From NCBI GenBank assembly GCA_021432655.1, contig MU271256.1, positions 1-64,000 of the forward strand: a stretch of 64,000 nt of DNA, read 5' to 3'. The translations under genes and the position numbers were made by a program. Positions 38,340 through 51,228 of this stretch are shown here, one piece after another. Under the pieces are notes generated by a model. That model did no database searches and had not been told where the DNA came from. It saw only the letters and a program-made list of their open reading frames with translations. This stretch comes from Atractiella rhizophila (taxonomy: Eukaryota). Each line of letters starts with the position of its first letter. The first letter of the stretch is position 1.

Positions 38340-40936
38340 TGCTTGAAGGTGGTCATACTACTCATACACGATTCAAGATTCCCCTCAATGCAGATGCACA
38401 ATCAGTTTGTGGTATTTCCGCTCAAAGTGATCATGCAAGGCTATATGTCGAGGCAGAAATTATCCTGTGGGATGAAGCCATTATGAGTGATCGCCTCTCC
38501 GTCAGCTGTGTGAATCGGTTGGGGCAAGACCTTAAAAAGGACTCAAGGCCATTTGGAGGAACACTTATGGTTTTCTGTGGTATGATACTTCCTTTTAAGT
38601 AGTTCTTTATTAAACCTACTGTTTACAGGAGATGGCAGACAATGTCTTCCGGTAGTGCCAAATGGAAGCTGAGCTCAGATTGTGGATGCCTGCATCATTA
38701 ATTCTTACTTCTGGCCGAATGTTCAAGTCCTGCCTTTGAAAACCAATATGCGCCTTCTTCGAGGCCAACAGGAAATGACACCAGCCGAATTTCAGCATGC
38801 GACCAGATTTGCCCAGTGGCTCCTTGATGTTGGAAATGGTCTCACTGATAATCCGTCAGACAATGGATGTGGAGCCTTAACGATACCAGATGGATCTATT
38901 ATTCCATCCCATGAAGGACTAGATGGCCTGTTACACTCAATTTACGGACAACTAGATTCTCTGCGAAATATCCCTGCTCTGAGCTTCCTTCAAGAATACT
39001 TCCAGGTTCACATGATTCTAACAGCAAAGAATGTGGATGTGGATGGCATCAACGATCGCTTGATTCAGCGGCTCGAATCCACAGGAGATCGGATATATTA
39101 CAGTGCAGATCAAATTATAGATGATGAGGGAGATCTCAGAAATCGCTTCTCTGTTGAGTACCTGAATACCCTGGAGATCTCTGGATTCCCTTCACATTGT
39201 TTACACCTAAGACCAATGCACCCATCATTCTTCTACGAAATCTCAATCCATCTGCTGACCTGTGCAACGGCAGGCGGCTCATTGTCACTCAGCTTCTCTG
39301 ACGAGTCATCGAAGCAACCATCATTACAGGTGCACACAGTGGAGAATCAGTTCTCATTTCTCGAATCGGCATTGACAGTGCAGTATCAAACCAGCTTCCT
39401 TTTCAATTCCGACGCTTTCAATTCCCTGTGCGCTTAGCGTTTGCCTTAACTCTGAATAAAGCGCAAGGACAATCTGTTGGACATGTGGGTTTGTACTTAG
39501 AGTCTTCTCCGTTCTCTCATGGGCAGCTTTATGTTGGTCTTTCACGGGTTTCAAACGTGAACAATTTATGAGTATTGGTCAAAACAAAGCAAGGAGAAGA
39601 AAACAAGCAAACAGATAATGTAGTTTACAAGGAAGTGTTACGAGTACTCAATCACTGATCATCTCTTAGCATGTTCCTGACAGTATAGTCAAAGCTGAAG
39701 TGGTTCTCCGAGGTACGAGGAGGCCACTCAGCTTTCATTGTTTTTGAAAAGAGTAGAGTACATATGGTGAGTCTGTGCTCGCCGAAGGCGAGGCCCCACG
39801 CAGTGGCCGCCGGAGGCTGGGGTCCAAGGGGCGAAGCCCCTGGCGGGGGGGGATGCCCGAGGGACGAGGGCACTGACACACTTGTTTGATTAAAACGTCA
39901 CATCCCCTAACGGGAAGTATGAAGGCGGAGCCTTACGAAGGGAGCACAATGCCCAGTGATGACCTGACGGGCAATGCAGTTTGCGGCAGTTATTGCCCAT
40001 GCTTGCAGAATCCAGTGACTTCTATTCTACTACGTAGAATATCGATCGTAATGCGTAAACGCGATACCTAGCTCTAAAGGATAGTTTTCCACCCCTGGAA
40101 TTCGTCCTCTGGAAGCGGGTAAAAGTATTTCAAACTCATCTCGTAGATATTAGAAGGGAGATTGATAAGGAAGGACAAATGATGGTGGAAGGTCCCTGAG
40201 ATTTGTCGCTAATCAGCGGGTGCAGCGCTGGTGTCAGAAATCCATTGATCTGTGGTCCCAAGGCGAGTGGAAATTGGGTTGACATTTTAGTGACCTTTCC
40301 AACAATGGCATAAAACAGGCCAACTCCATGTTTGTGTTGATAGATGCACAGCGAGGACTACCCCCGCTAGAACACCTCATAGATAGTCCACACAGCTGAA
40401 GACCTGCTGGCTCCAGCAATGCCATGATGGAGTCGCCAAACTTCACCCAGTCTCTCACCTCGGTCTTCGACAAATTGGTCTCCATCTTCCATCCACTTGC
40501 CACAACCCTCAAAGGTACTCGACAGTCAAAGTCTATCAAAGCACACGACCTTGGGGGAGTCTACATGCTTATTTTGCTAGGCAGGAAGTTAGCAAGTGGA
40601 GATGTGAAAAGTATGTTGATGGAACAGGGGAAGAGGATTAAGATGTTAGATAGGTTGATGTTTTAGGGGAATAACCTATGTGTGCTCAGTCTGGAGAACC
40701 ACATGGCTTGTTTGGAAAGAGAGAGAAGAGTTGGGTGGATGTGGTCAAGAACACTGTCTTCAGCTCTTCTACCTCTTTCCATCGAATTCTATCAGGCACA
40801 GGAACGATCCTTCGGTTAAGGTGTAATCTTCGACGTCTCTGATTTCTTCAACTGGAGTACGGACAGAAGTTCCCAAAATCTCGAATCTCGGTTTGACTCA
40901 CGTCTCCTACAGTCTCTTCAGTGCTAATGTCGTCGC

Positions 40937-42228
40937 TTACAAGGCACTGTTCGGGTTTCCGCAGATTGAATCCTTGATAGCCGTTGCCCAGTCCCAAGGG
41001 TCATAACCTCCATTCCGTCTCCTCACCTGACTCTCTCTGATGAGATTCCGACACAGACCTTCTCTAAATTCTTCCGCCAACATATTGCGTCTAGTCGTCG
41101 TTGGTGATAGAGGCGGAGGCATTAGAACTTCATGTCGTTCTTTCCATTCAATTTCCAACCGACACTGCTGCTTCTCCTCTTCATCTACCCCCCCGTCATC
41201 CTCGGCGCCGCTCTTCGACGCAGTACCCTTAACTCCGAGAGCTGTAGTGATGTTGCTAGCGGCGCATAGACGTTTAATCTCCTCTCGATATAAGATCGCT
41301 TTGGCGCGTAGATCTTCATCAACTTTGGAGGGATCAAAGATAGCGGTAAGAGCAGAGGAACGAGTGACGTGGCTATGGAGACAAGACTCCTTATCCTTAT
41401 TATGTTCGTCCCATTCCTTTTGCAACGCTGCCTGCCATTCATCATCGTCACCCTCCTCCTCTCTTTCTGAGCAATTCAAATCATCCGTCGCGTGCCGTTT
41501 ATCAGACGCAGAGGAAACCAGCATCGGAGCCAGTTTCGCAGGAGGAAAAACGGGCCGCGATTCTCTCTTCTTTGCCTGCGTAGACAAAGCAGCAACACTC
41601 GAAGAAGCCACAGTGCCGGACGTTTGATCATGAGTAATTTGCAGCGGGTCCATCGCTCTCTCCAACGATTTCGGTCCCAACGGCGCCAAGTTTGCTTCTC
41701 CTCTCTGTGACACGATCTGCTTCTCCTTTTTCCCCACATTCCATTCAATCCTCGAGGGCTGAGGAGGGGTGAGACTCGTCGAAGAAACATCATCAGGCAC
41801 GATTTCGGAGGCCCTAACCACCTTCAAAGGATCGCCTTTGATTGGCGGAGGGATTTAGAGGATCTTCTTCCCCCTAGTCCCTGAGACGCCTCGACTAGTC
41901 TCTCCAACGCCGTTTCGACGTTGTCTTCAACAAAATCATCCCGGGCGAGGCGATTTAAGGTCTCGAGCAGTGCCATGATTGTCTTTGGCTGCCTCGCCTG
42001 CATGAATGGAGTGGCAGACCATGACATCTCCTCATACCGCACACGCCACAGTGAGTTCTCGAGCCGTCGACCCTTCTTAATTCCTGGAAGGGCTTTCGAG
42101 AACATGCCCCTAATGTATTCTCATCTCAACAACTTCAATTTCAGTGGTGAGAGGACGGACCACATGTATCCGAAATCCTCAAGAGCAATCGGTTGGTCGG
42201 CTATCGTTCCCAAATCCTCAAAGAACAT
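40937..42228 (-). CDS. DUF1752 plus DUF3295-like fungal regulatory protein, possibly frameshifted
   Basis: MWS|..FSK...GRRLENSLWR (DUF1752-like) and SPTTTRRNMLAEEFREGLCRNLIRESQ (DUF3295-like); frame change near 41825. Confidence 0.65.
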
Positions 42229-42624
42229 GGTAAAATGCAAATATTGGGGAGTATCGGTTACCATTGACAGAGTTGGCTATTCTGAACAAAGAGCATATGA
42301 TATTCACATCTCCAGTTTGTCATTGAAAAGAGACGGACTAACCAAAGACCAGGGGGGTTGTCTGCCTGTATGCCTAAAGCTCAGCTGACCCAGGGGAGGA
42401 AATACGGCTTTGCAGGATATCAGGTGACGCCATCCAACCGACGAGAGTACGGGTATGGTCTTTTATACCGAATCATCGCCAATTAGATCATTGGGGTCCT
42501 TCACGGTCTCGGATCGCCGACAAACGGCTGAGAACAAAGGAGTGAACTTTAACATGCTAAAAACGACAAAGAAAGATTTGGGTGACAGGTGAATTAAACG
42601 GCGATATCGAAAAATAACGGCCAT

Positions 42625-42920
42625 TCCTGAAACTGACATGGATACGAGCCATTTCTCGGGCATTTTGGATGGAAACGATTCCTCGGCCATTTTGGATGGA
42701 AATGATGCCTCGGACATTTTGGATGGATACGATTCTTCGGTCATTTTGATTGAGGCCTGCACACCTGAGTTCAAACGGCCCTTCTCATGACCCGATGAAA
42801 GCGGATATTCTCTCAGCGCTGCGATGGACATGTATGAAGGGGTCCTTTCCACCCAGTGTTTCGTATGTCGATTCCATTGATATCCATAAAAATGGCCGTT
42901 TGAACCTTACCCAAAAGGTT
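42625..42920 (+). repeat. Second copy of the cattttggatgg module, with ~27-bp tandem units
   Basis: cattttggatgg at 42661, 42688 and 42715, plus the tail shared with 31935-32135. Confidence 0.7.
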
Positions 42921-45543
42921 CATTAACCTTAAGAATGATATGCAAACAACAAATGACTGTTTGAAGGAATGATTTTCTCCTGGTTTCTTTGGAAACCAAT
43001 CTGAGAACCTTTCTGGTCTTGCATTGATGGATTTGGCCAAGACTAGGCCTATGGTCCCCCCTTCTCGCCATCTTTTCCAGGTTCATGCGTGGCAGGTGTG
43101 GGGACAGAAACACTGCAACAAATCGGGCACCATCCTCCCAAGGCTGTTCGAGACTGTTAGGGGTCGAAGTGGGACCTCGAAGACCAGGTGCCTTTTGACC
43201 GTCTCGCTTAAACTATCGCAACGACATCAGGGTACTGAAAAAACCTCAAACTCATTCCGAGAGCAAACACGGGGAAGAGCAGCTTTGAGTACCTACTACC
43301 GAATGTCTCGAATCTCGATAAAATATGGAGCACTGTAAAGTATAAATGCTTCACCGCCAATTGAGGACGACAGGACCAACTTCTCGAACTACTCAGACAC
43401 GTTCCACCTGGCACGAAATCAATGAATATAGAGCGCTACACCATTGGGTAGTCCACAACTGAGTTGAAGGAAAGTTTTGAACATGATTTTGTAAAATAAG
43501 AAGCGGATTCTGGCATCTCTTGTCGCGTTTCACAACTATGAAGAATCTATGTAGATCAACTGAGCTTGATGCTGCGTATGAATCCAATGAAACTTGGAAA
43601 ATAGGCTTTGACAACGTAGAGTTGCTCGACCCCTTTCGTCCCCATGGCCTAACCTTGCCACTTGCGATGCAAATCACCAGTTATTATGGCAACTCTTACA
43701 TACCTCTTGAAACTTCATCCTCCTACACACCACCATGTTCAAGCCGGTAGCTACCCCTCCAAACGAGTTTCTCGAAGTCACTCGCCGCATCATCATTTCG
43801 ATCGTCCTGTTTTCCTGTCTCGTGTGTATAGGTATCATTCAGGCTCGTCTCATCTCTAAGTCAACCCTCCACTTTACTCATTATCTAGGTCGGTACAGTT
43901 TTTTCAATGCTTCAAATCCATTCGACCAAAAAGCCCGCGAGTACCTAATTTCGTCTCGAAGACGCGAACAGAATATGCTGAAGTGTTAGGTAGACGAATA
44001 CAAACTGGCTCATGGTTCTCCAACTCTTGGCTTTGCTCGTCGCTCACATGATAAACTCGTTTGTTTTCATTGTCCACTCAGCTGGTGCGAATGCTGACTG
44101 GCAAGCTGGCCAAGGTGGAAGAACGTCATCTGGTTTGAACGATTTATCCAACAGGCTATCATTTGCGGAGTGAAGGGTTTGGTGTAAGACTTCTTTTCTT
44201 CTGTACCTTTGCTTGACTTGGGTGGCTTTCCAGTCCGTCAACTCACTATGTGATTGCTCCGTACGTCTTGCTTTCTTGATCTCAGCGTGGCCAACAGCCT
44301 CTTCTAAGCCTTTCAAACGGCACCTCAATCACTGTCATCTGTCACACTTTGTACGCTTGTCACATCAATGTTCTTAGGAAGAGAGATTCGAAACGAATCA
44401 CGCTATGGATTTTTGTTCTCGTTGCCACTTTGTCTCTCACCTTGGCCCAGTACTGTACACCCTACCGTTAGTCACCTTTCGATCCAAAGTGTTTAGGCTA
44501 ACCTCGAGGGGCAGTGGATAGTACTTCAAATAGCTTACCCGGTCTGTCTTCTCTCTATCTGGGAAAACCGCCAACCAGTCTTGAAGGGGGGAAATGCGTC
44601 CCTTCCACAAATCCAGGTACATTTCCTCTTTTTCAAAGGAGCAGGATAATGAATGATTGAACGTAGGTGCTTCCCTGAATCTCGGTGACTCTACTGTGGC
44701 AGACTGTCTTCTCTGCATTTTCTTGGTCATTCTGCATAAGCAAGTCCGTCGGCTTCACTCAGTCGTCTGCGCTTTCTGCACTGCACTGACACATCCATGA
44801 CAGGAAGCATTGTCCGATGTAACTGCTTTCCATCGATAGAGAAACATGAGATGAACTGAAGATCATCGACGCAGCCAGTTCACTTCGCCACGCAAACCAA
44901 TCTTCCTATGTGCTTCCTTCAAATTCTCAAATTGGTCTACTTCCTCTCCTTTCAAGATATCGTCTGTCGCATCGATGGTGCGTCTGTTCTTCCGTTGACC
45001 TCGCTTCTGACATTCGACTTGTAGCTGCCATCCTTCTCCCACAAGCATCTGTAAACAGGTACTGCAGGCCGTTTTTTGCCACAAGCTCACCATCGTTGAC
45101 AACAGCGCGCTTGCCTTCACCCTTGTCCTCATGAGGAGAACTCAACACCGCAACTCATCGCCCAGCCAAATGACGGAGATTATCCCACGTGATGACGCTG
45201 TCACGGATATCGCAGACGTTGAGGTAGGTGGATATCACCATCAACATCTGCATCCCTGACATTTGGAATACAGGACGCTAAACAAAAGTTATTCTGGGTT
45301 GCACTACAATGCAGGCCTTATCTTGCTGGTACTACATTGCAAAGCTTATCGAACGAATCGAAGGACGCTTTGTGAAGCCCTCTTGGTATTGTTCACGTAT
45401 TCCTTTTGAACTGTAGCACAGGCAAAAGTAGTGTCGCTTTCTTGCTCAATTCCCTACAGAAATTATCCCAACCTGTTCTCTGAAGTGTTTCAAAAACGAA
45501 TTCATAACATGATTTCGAACTCTAATATCTAAAGTGCGATGTC

Positions 45544-46104
45544 TTATTCTGAGAAGTGGTTGGCGGATTGAAGGAAAGCCGCCCCCAAGGCGATGGCTAC
45601 TTGACTGAGGTCGATATCGGGAAGTGCGAGTCTCAATACTTTGAGTACCAGCTCGGCATTAACGCTTGATGATGTGTTGGCATGAGCAATTGCTTCGATT
45701 GTCGGAAGAGGCGGCGCCGGCTGAGTGAGCGTTGATGTAATGTGGTTCCCCATTCCATAATTGAGCTTGATCTTCCACCGCGTCCACTTCCAACAACAGT
45801 CACATTCGACCCTCCTCTCCTCTTCCCTCTCTGCCCTCTTGACCAGCTCTCCTCTTCCCCTCCCACTTACGGGGCTCACAGGCTCAATATATCGGCTAAA
45901 CGTGCTTCTCACCACGACTCCTCCAGATCCAACCGGATTCCCTCCTTGCATATCTCTTGATTGATTATTCGCCTTCGGTACTCTTGGTGTGACTACTGAA
46001 GCTCGCGCTGCAGTTCGAGGATCCTGTTCTAGCTCGACTGGATCTTCAAAAGGCCGTACGTTGCCACGAGCCAATCTCCTTTGCCTCAAGGACATTTTAG
46101 GCAT
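45544..46104 (-). CDS. Hypothetical protein
   Basis: 186-aa ATG-started ORF, no recognisable domain. Confidence 0.3.
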   Translation of the reverse strand: MPKMSLRQRRLARGNVRPFEDPVELEQDPRTAARASVVTPRVPKANNQSRDMQGGNPVGSGGVVVRSTFSRYIEPVSPVSGRGRGELVKRAEREEERRVECDCCWKWTRWKIKLNYGMGNHITSTLTQPAPPLPTIEAIAHANTSSSVNAELVLKVLRLALPDIDLSQVAIALGAAFLQSANHFSE

Positions 46105-46504
46105 TTCAGAGGGGTGCAGAACGACTAGTCGAGTAATTAAAATTCACTCACCGGCAATTCATCTGCATGAGCTCCATCAATAAGCTCATTAGAAATAGGT
46201 TTATTGAAAACATACTGGGCAAAACTGAAAGCATCCAGCACAAACTGGCAGAGGTAAATCCCGTTCATCAGAACAACATCCAACCCTCTGGGTTTAGAAT
46301 GTTAAGGATTTCCCTCCACTTCTCTGCCTTCTCTAATCTCTGAGATTGTTCCCACCCGATCCAAGGCTGCCCTGCTCAACTTCTTGAACGTTTGGCCAAA
46401 GCCTTCCGCTCCAATCATGAAACCTCCCGTCATGCCTCTTGTCACAAATATTAAGCATTCTAAATTTGATACTTCAATTCCAACAACATCATCTTCGACC
46501 ACCT

Positions 46505-46862
46505 TCACTAAGGATGCATTGTACCAAGAGTGTGTGACGGAGGATCCTACAGTCATACAAGACAATGCTGCATAGCTGGGTGAGGAGGAATTGAACAAAG
46601 TAGAATTGGATTTGAACAAAGTCAATGGAGTGATACTAAAGGTATGCTTGTTGCTCCTATGATGCTGCTGTACTTTCTCAATCATCTGACAGCTCCGAGC
46701 CATCCTCAAACACATTTGTGGATCTCCTCAACATCAAAAGAGCTGGTTAGATCTTTTGGAGGATACTTTGGAGACCTATGAGAGCCTTTCCGATGAATCC
46801 CTACGCATGCTCGTCCTTGATGTTCGGACACGCTGGGGATCGACCCACGATATGCTGGATCC
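46505..46862 (+). pseudogene. Fragment of the older hAT family (duplicate of ~21065-21415)
   Basis: Near-identical reverse complement; LVLDVRTRWGSTHDML. Confidence 0.8.
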
Positions 46863-46943
46863 TGACAAAGTGGCTGGACTCAAGAACAATTTCGAGTGGC
46901 GGAAATAACGTCCGGAGCCGAAAAACTCCGGAGGGAATGTTGC

Positions 46944-49900
46944 TAGGCTTGGTACACGGGGATCCCGTGGCCCCATGGGTTTTTCCGGGAGGTTTTGGCG
47001 CTCTGATGCCATCCCGTACCCGCCCTCGAACCCTCAAGGGTTTCCCCGTCGTTGCAGGGGCATTCCCGCAGGATTGCTGGGAGGGGACGGGAGCCAAAGG
47101 GTTCACAGGACACTGACGGGATGGGAGGGGCGATATCAATATTATTATCCATGTACTCTACTAACCTCTCTGCACAGTTCAATAATCATTAATCATTCAC
47201 CTATCAATCAATCAATCAATCATCATGCTTCCCTCCCCGCGCTCCGCCTCCGCCACCGCCTTCTTCCTTGCCGCTCTGCTCCCTTCCTCTTCTTCCTGTC
47301 ATTCTGTTTCACAGCTCCAAATAACTCCTTCATAGGAGGCATGAATCCATCCTGCTCCCAGAGCTTGAGCATCATGGCCGAACGAAAGACGGGGTCCGAC
47401 AATTGATGACGCAAGTAAGAAACCGTCAGACGACCCCCTGAAAAGGCACGCTCAGCATCCACCGAAGTTGCTAGCTCCTTCAATCAATGTAAAAAACAGA
47501 GATGAATGAAGCTGCATACCTGGAACTGCCATAATATCCATGGCCATCTCGTGGAACTTCACACGGAAATGCTCCTTTACGCGCTTCGCCTCTCGCCATT
47601 GCTGATAGTGGTACTTGGGGCCATCCAATTCTGTTGTCCCAGAATCATCCTGCAGGGTCTTGATAGGCAACGGGACACCTTTGATAAACTCTACAAGGTA
47701 GTCGGCAGTGGAGGTATCGTCTGCATCGTCAATCATTGCGTCGAGTTCGTACAATGTCCAAGCCTTCTTTCGTAGGCATGGCACAGAGGTGGACGCCTGT
47801 GAGCAACAAATTAGGACTTAATGGTGGGAAGGAAAGTATAGAGGTTCCGGGTTGAAAGCACAGAATTACCCGTTTCTGCTTTGTAATGCTGCTGCTGAAA
47901 CTCCTGTAAGCTATCCATGGCTTCCATGATCCAAGCCTCTTCCCAATCCAATTTTTTCAAGTATGCAGCCCGGCGGTTGGGATGAAGCACTTGAGTATCT
48001 GTCAGTTTCAATGCTGAAATGTTTGAGTAGTGAAAACCTGCAAAGAGCCCATAGATAGATCTTCGAATCTTCAACTACTTTCAGAAAATATTTGTCCAAA
48101 ACTGCCTGTGCAGTTGCAGCGCCGGCCTGGACAGCAGCGTGCTTGTCAGGGAAGTGGATTTCGCCATCAAGCTCGTAAGTTTCATAGAGGCGAGAGAGAT
48201 GGACACCGATATTATTGAAGAGGGGGATGACACTGGCTAAATTGGAGAAGTTGGCCCTCGACATCCAGTCTGTTGCCTGTTGGAACAGCTAAAGCAAAGT
48301 CTTAGCTTTTGGATAAAAAAAATAAATGGGAAAAACATACTTGCAGGGTCAGATTTGCTTGCTCCATAATTTCCCACTCTGTTCTTGTCAATCGGCATCG
48401 CTCAAGTTTTAAGCTTGGTTTACCACAAAGATTTCGCAATGCGTCCTTCAAGTCTATTGCTCGATCAATCATCGCACCTTCGCCATTCCAACGTGTGGGA
48501 CAGGCTTTGACAAGGTGCACAGGAGGAGATAGAAACTTAAGAGGTCCTTCAGGATCCTCTTTTTGGAGAGCGGCAACCTCGTCGTCAAGTTTGCTTCTAA
48601 GCCCATCGTTCAAGGCTGTCCTTTTGGCCAGATTCGCAAGCTATTTTGTTGATTAAAGGACGGTGAAGGGTGAAAGACAATGCATGCAGCGTACCTTCGT
48701 GAGCATGAAACGTGCCTCTAATTCTTCCTTCGGAGAACAAGTTGCTTTCGGAGCAGCCTCTTCCCGAATTAGATCAATTGCAGCCGCTTGTGCTTGCACT
48801 TCTTCACTTTGGTCTATAGCAGAAGCGTTAGATTGTTAGACCAATTGGCTAAACCATACCTTCTAGTTCTGCTTCTTCAGTGAACCCTGACTCTCTCAGT
48901 TCTGCTTCCAATTGTGATAATGCCACTTCATCCGCAGTGATGGAAGTCCCAATGCCTGCTATGACCCGTTTCTTCGTAACTGGCTTCTTGAAACGACTCA
49001 AAAATCCCTGGACATTGCATCATCTAATCAGTCTCCCATCACATTTTACTGCCAGAACCATACCTTTGCAACCAAGTTGAGTATGTGGTCAAAGCATCGC
49101 ACTCGCAAATCCGCTCTCCAGAGAAGCATCTTCGGATACTTGACCTGTTTTCCATTGCCATTGTGAATGTATGGTTGTTAGACGCACTGTCGCACGTTGG
49201 AGCCATGACCTGCGCAGAATGTCAACTCTCGAAGAAAGACTCCATGAGCAGACTTGAACACGCACCCTCTCGCACACTTCATATGAATCCAATAAGCCAT
49301 AGACCAAAGCAGCAATGTTATCTCCCGTATGTGAATCAAGAACCCTGTTCCTAAATTAAATGGGTTCTCACAATGAAGGACTTTGTACCGAATGAAACCA
49401 AGAGCAACTTTCTTTGCATCTCCCCGCTCGCGGAAGTGAAGGTAGACAAGGACATAACTGAAGCCCTGAGGAGCTGTCCAGCCGTCCAGCGTAATGAAAA
49501 AGTTCCCAGGAGCAGCTTTTGACAGTTATTAGTATTGTTTACAGGATTCAAACTCGGCACGTACCGAAATTCTGGCCTTCACCCCAGCGCGCACGTACTC
49601 CTGCAAGAATTTCGCATCCTCTACTACTCTGTGACGATCAATGTTTGGAACACTCTCTGATCCACCGTTCCCAAGCTTGAGGATCTCTCGGAAATAATGA
49701 TCGTGTGTGACATTGAACGGACGAGCTGCAGTGGTGCACCAGAGAGCGGCAAGGACACGTCGGTACGTGTCGCGGTCCGTCTGGTCCATCACGTTGACCC
49801 ATAGCTGATTCTCACTGACCACAAGTTTTGTTTGCTGACTCTTTGAAGATCCTTCGTCGCCCTGTAGACAGTCTTTTTAGATCCTTATCTAAAGCTCACA

Positions 49901-51228
49901 AAAGACCAACCTCGACGCATTTGTCGGCACTAACTTGCAAGCCTTTGGTGCTTCCGTCATCGCGAGCACGTTCATACGTGTGGTTCGGGTTGGTCTTGCA
50001 GACCAACGTGTAGAAAATGCGAAGTTCTCCTGACTTTCTACCAGATCGCGTGTCCTTCAGATAGGTACCGCGACGAAGAATTGGGCGTTCGTGATAATGA
50101 AGATATACGCTCGGTTTGTCGCTATTCTTTTGAACTTTGGACCTTCCCCAGCGTTGAATATCGAAGTCTATTGTAATATCAGAAAAAGATTTGGATGGAG
50201 TCTCGGAAGAAGACCAACCAATGATCTCATCATCCTTCCAACCGTCAAAGCTGCTGTCCATCTTGAAGTCCACCCCTCGTGGTAGTTCCCGAGCGTGCTT
50301 TCGAGGGGACCTGCGAATGGAATCCCCAACATCATCATCTGATGAATCAAGCTCGATGGTAGCAGTATTTTGAGGGTCAGGGGCTCTGATGACTGGTGTC
50401 GGAATTCATCGAATCTTTCCGAGTGCGCTTGGACATGATGGAATACCAGACAAGAAATGAGTGCAAGTGATTGCCAGGAAATCAGTCCTGTTTTATAACT
50501 TTTCGCCTCTGGGTACGGCCGATAGAGGCAATCCTCTACCAATTGCAAGGTCAACAGAGCACACGGATGCGGTATGTCATCCCCAATGGACTCGTCCGAA
50601 GCAGGCACCGACAATTTTTGTGTTCCAGTAGCCAGACAGAAGCTGCCGATAGCCATCAACAGCACATTCATTTGCTGGGAATTTGAATGTTTCATTTATT
50701 TCTTCGTGCTGCTCTCATCGCAGGGACTCAAACCCATCTGCACAGTTCATTCAAGGAGGAGCACATTCGGTACACTCAACTTCAGAGAACTTCTTTGGAA
50801 TCACTTAATTTTGCCAATATTCTCATCCGGGTTCTTTCAGAAGCAGATTGTACTCTAAGCTTTTCATAGCTCTTTCTCCTATCCCCGCGCACAATCGAGT
50901 GGAAGGCATCCAATTCTCTCTCCCGCTCACCCATGACATAAAAACGGAAGGAATGACGGACTGTTCGAGGACTGTTTAAAATCTCGGGCTCTACTTTCAA
51001 GTTGGGACGGGAGTGAAGCATAGGATCAAGCGTGAAACTTGTGCACAGTTGCTCGAGAAACCGTGCAAACCCACGGGTAGCCACGAGTTTCGAATTCGTA
51101 AATGTGTTTCCCGTCCCCTTCCCTTCCCCAGCAAGGATTTTCCCGCCGCTCCCGTGGGATCCCCTTAAGGGGAAGGGGATGGGAGGGTCACAGGTTTTGA
51201 CGGAATCCAAAACCGTGTACCAAGCCTA
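46944..51228 (-). mobile_element. Full-length hAT DNA transposon (4285 bp)
   Basis: Perfect 16-bp TIR TAGGCTTGGTACACGG (46944-46959 and 51213-51228); identical 8-bp TSD AATGTTGC. Confidence 0.97.
47223..50436 (-). CDS. hAT transposase, multi-exon; 5' end may be frameshifted
   Basis: ITLDGWT, TCDSASNN, CFDHILNL, CPTRWN, LHPNRR, ATSVDAERAFSGGR (dimerisation region). Confidence 0.88.

Larger units (their letters stand above)
35805..39884 (+). mobile_element. Helitron copy B (same internal deletion as copy A)
   Basis: A|TC at 35805, hairpin then CTTG|T at 39884; Rep motif 3 and Pif1 helicase remnants at 36757-39620; two ~65-bp direct repeats at ~35895 and ~36030. Confidence 0.95.

Noticed and set aside
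8628..39884. One giant element with 4-kb terminal inverted repeats
   Set aside because: Each arm is an independent Helitron with its own termini and A|T site; no TSD around the whole block
41040..41627. 195-aa plus-strand ORF and similar antisense ORFs over TE and gene exons
   Set aside because: Shadow frames of better-supported opposite-strand coding sequence
43000..45200. Possible gene or transposase fragments
   Set aside because: Short ORFs on both strands without diagnostic motifs
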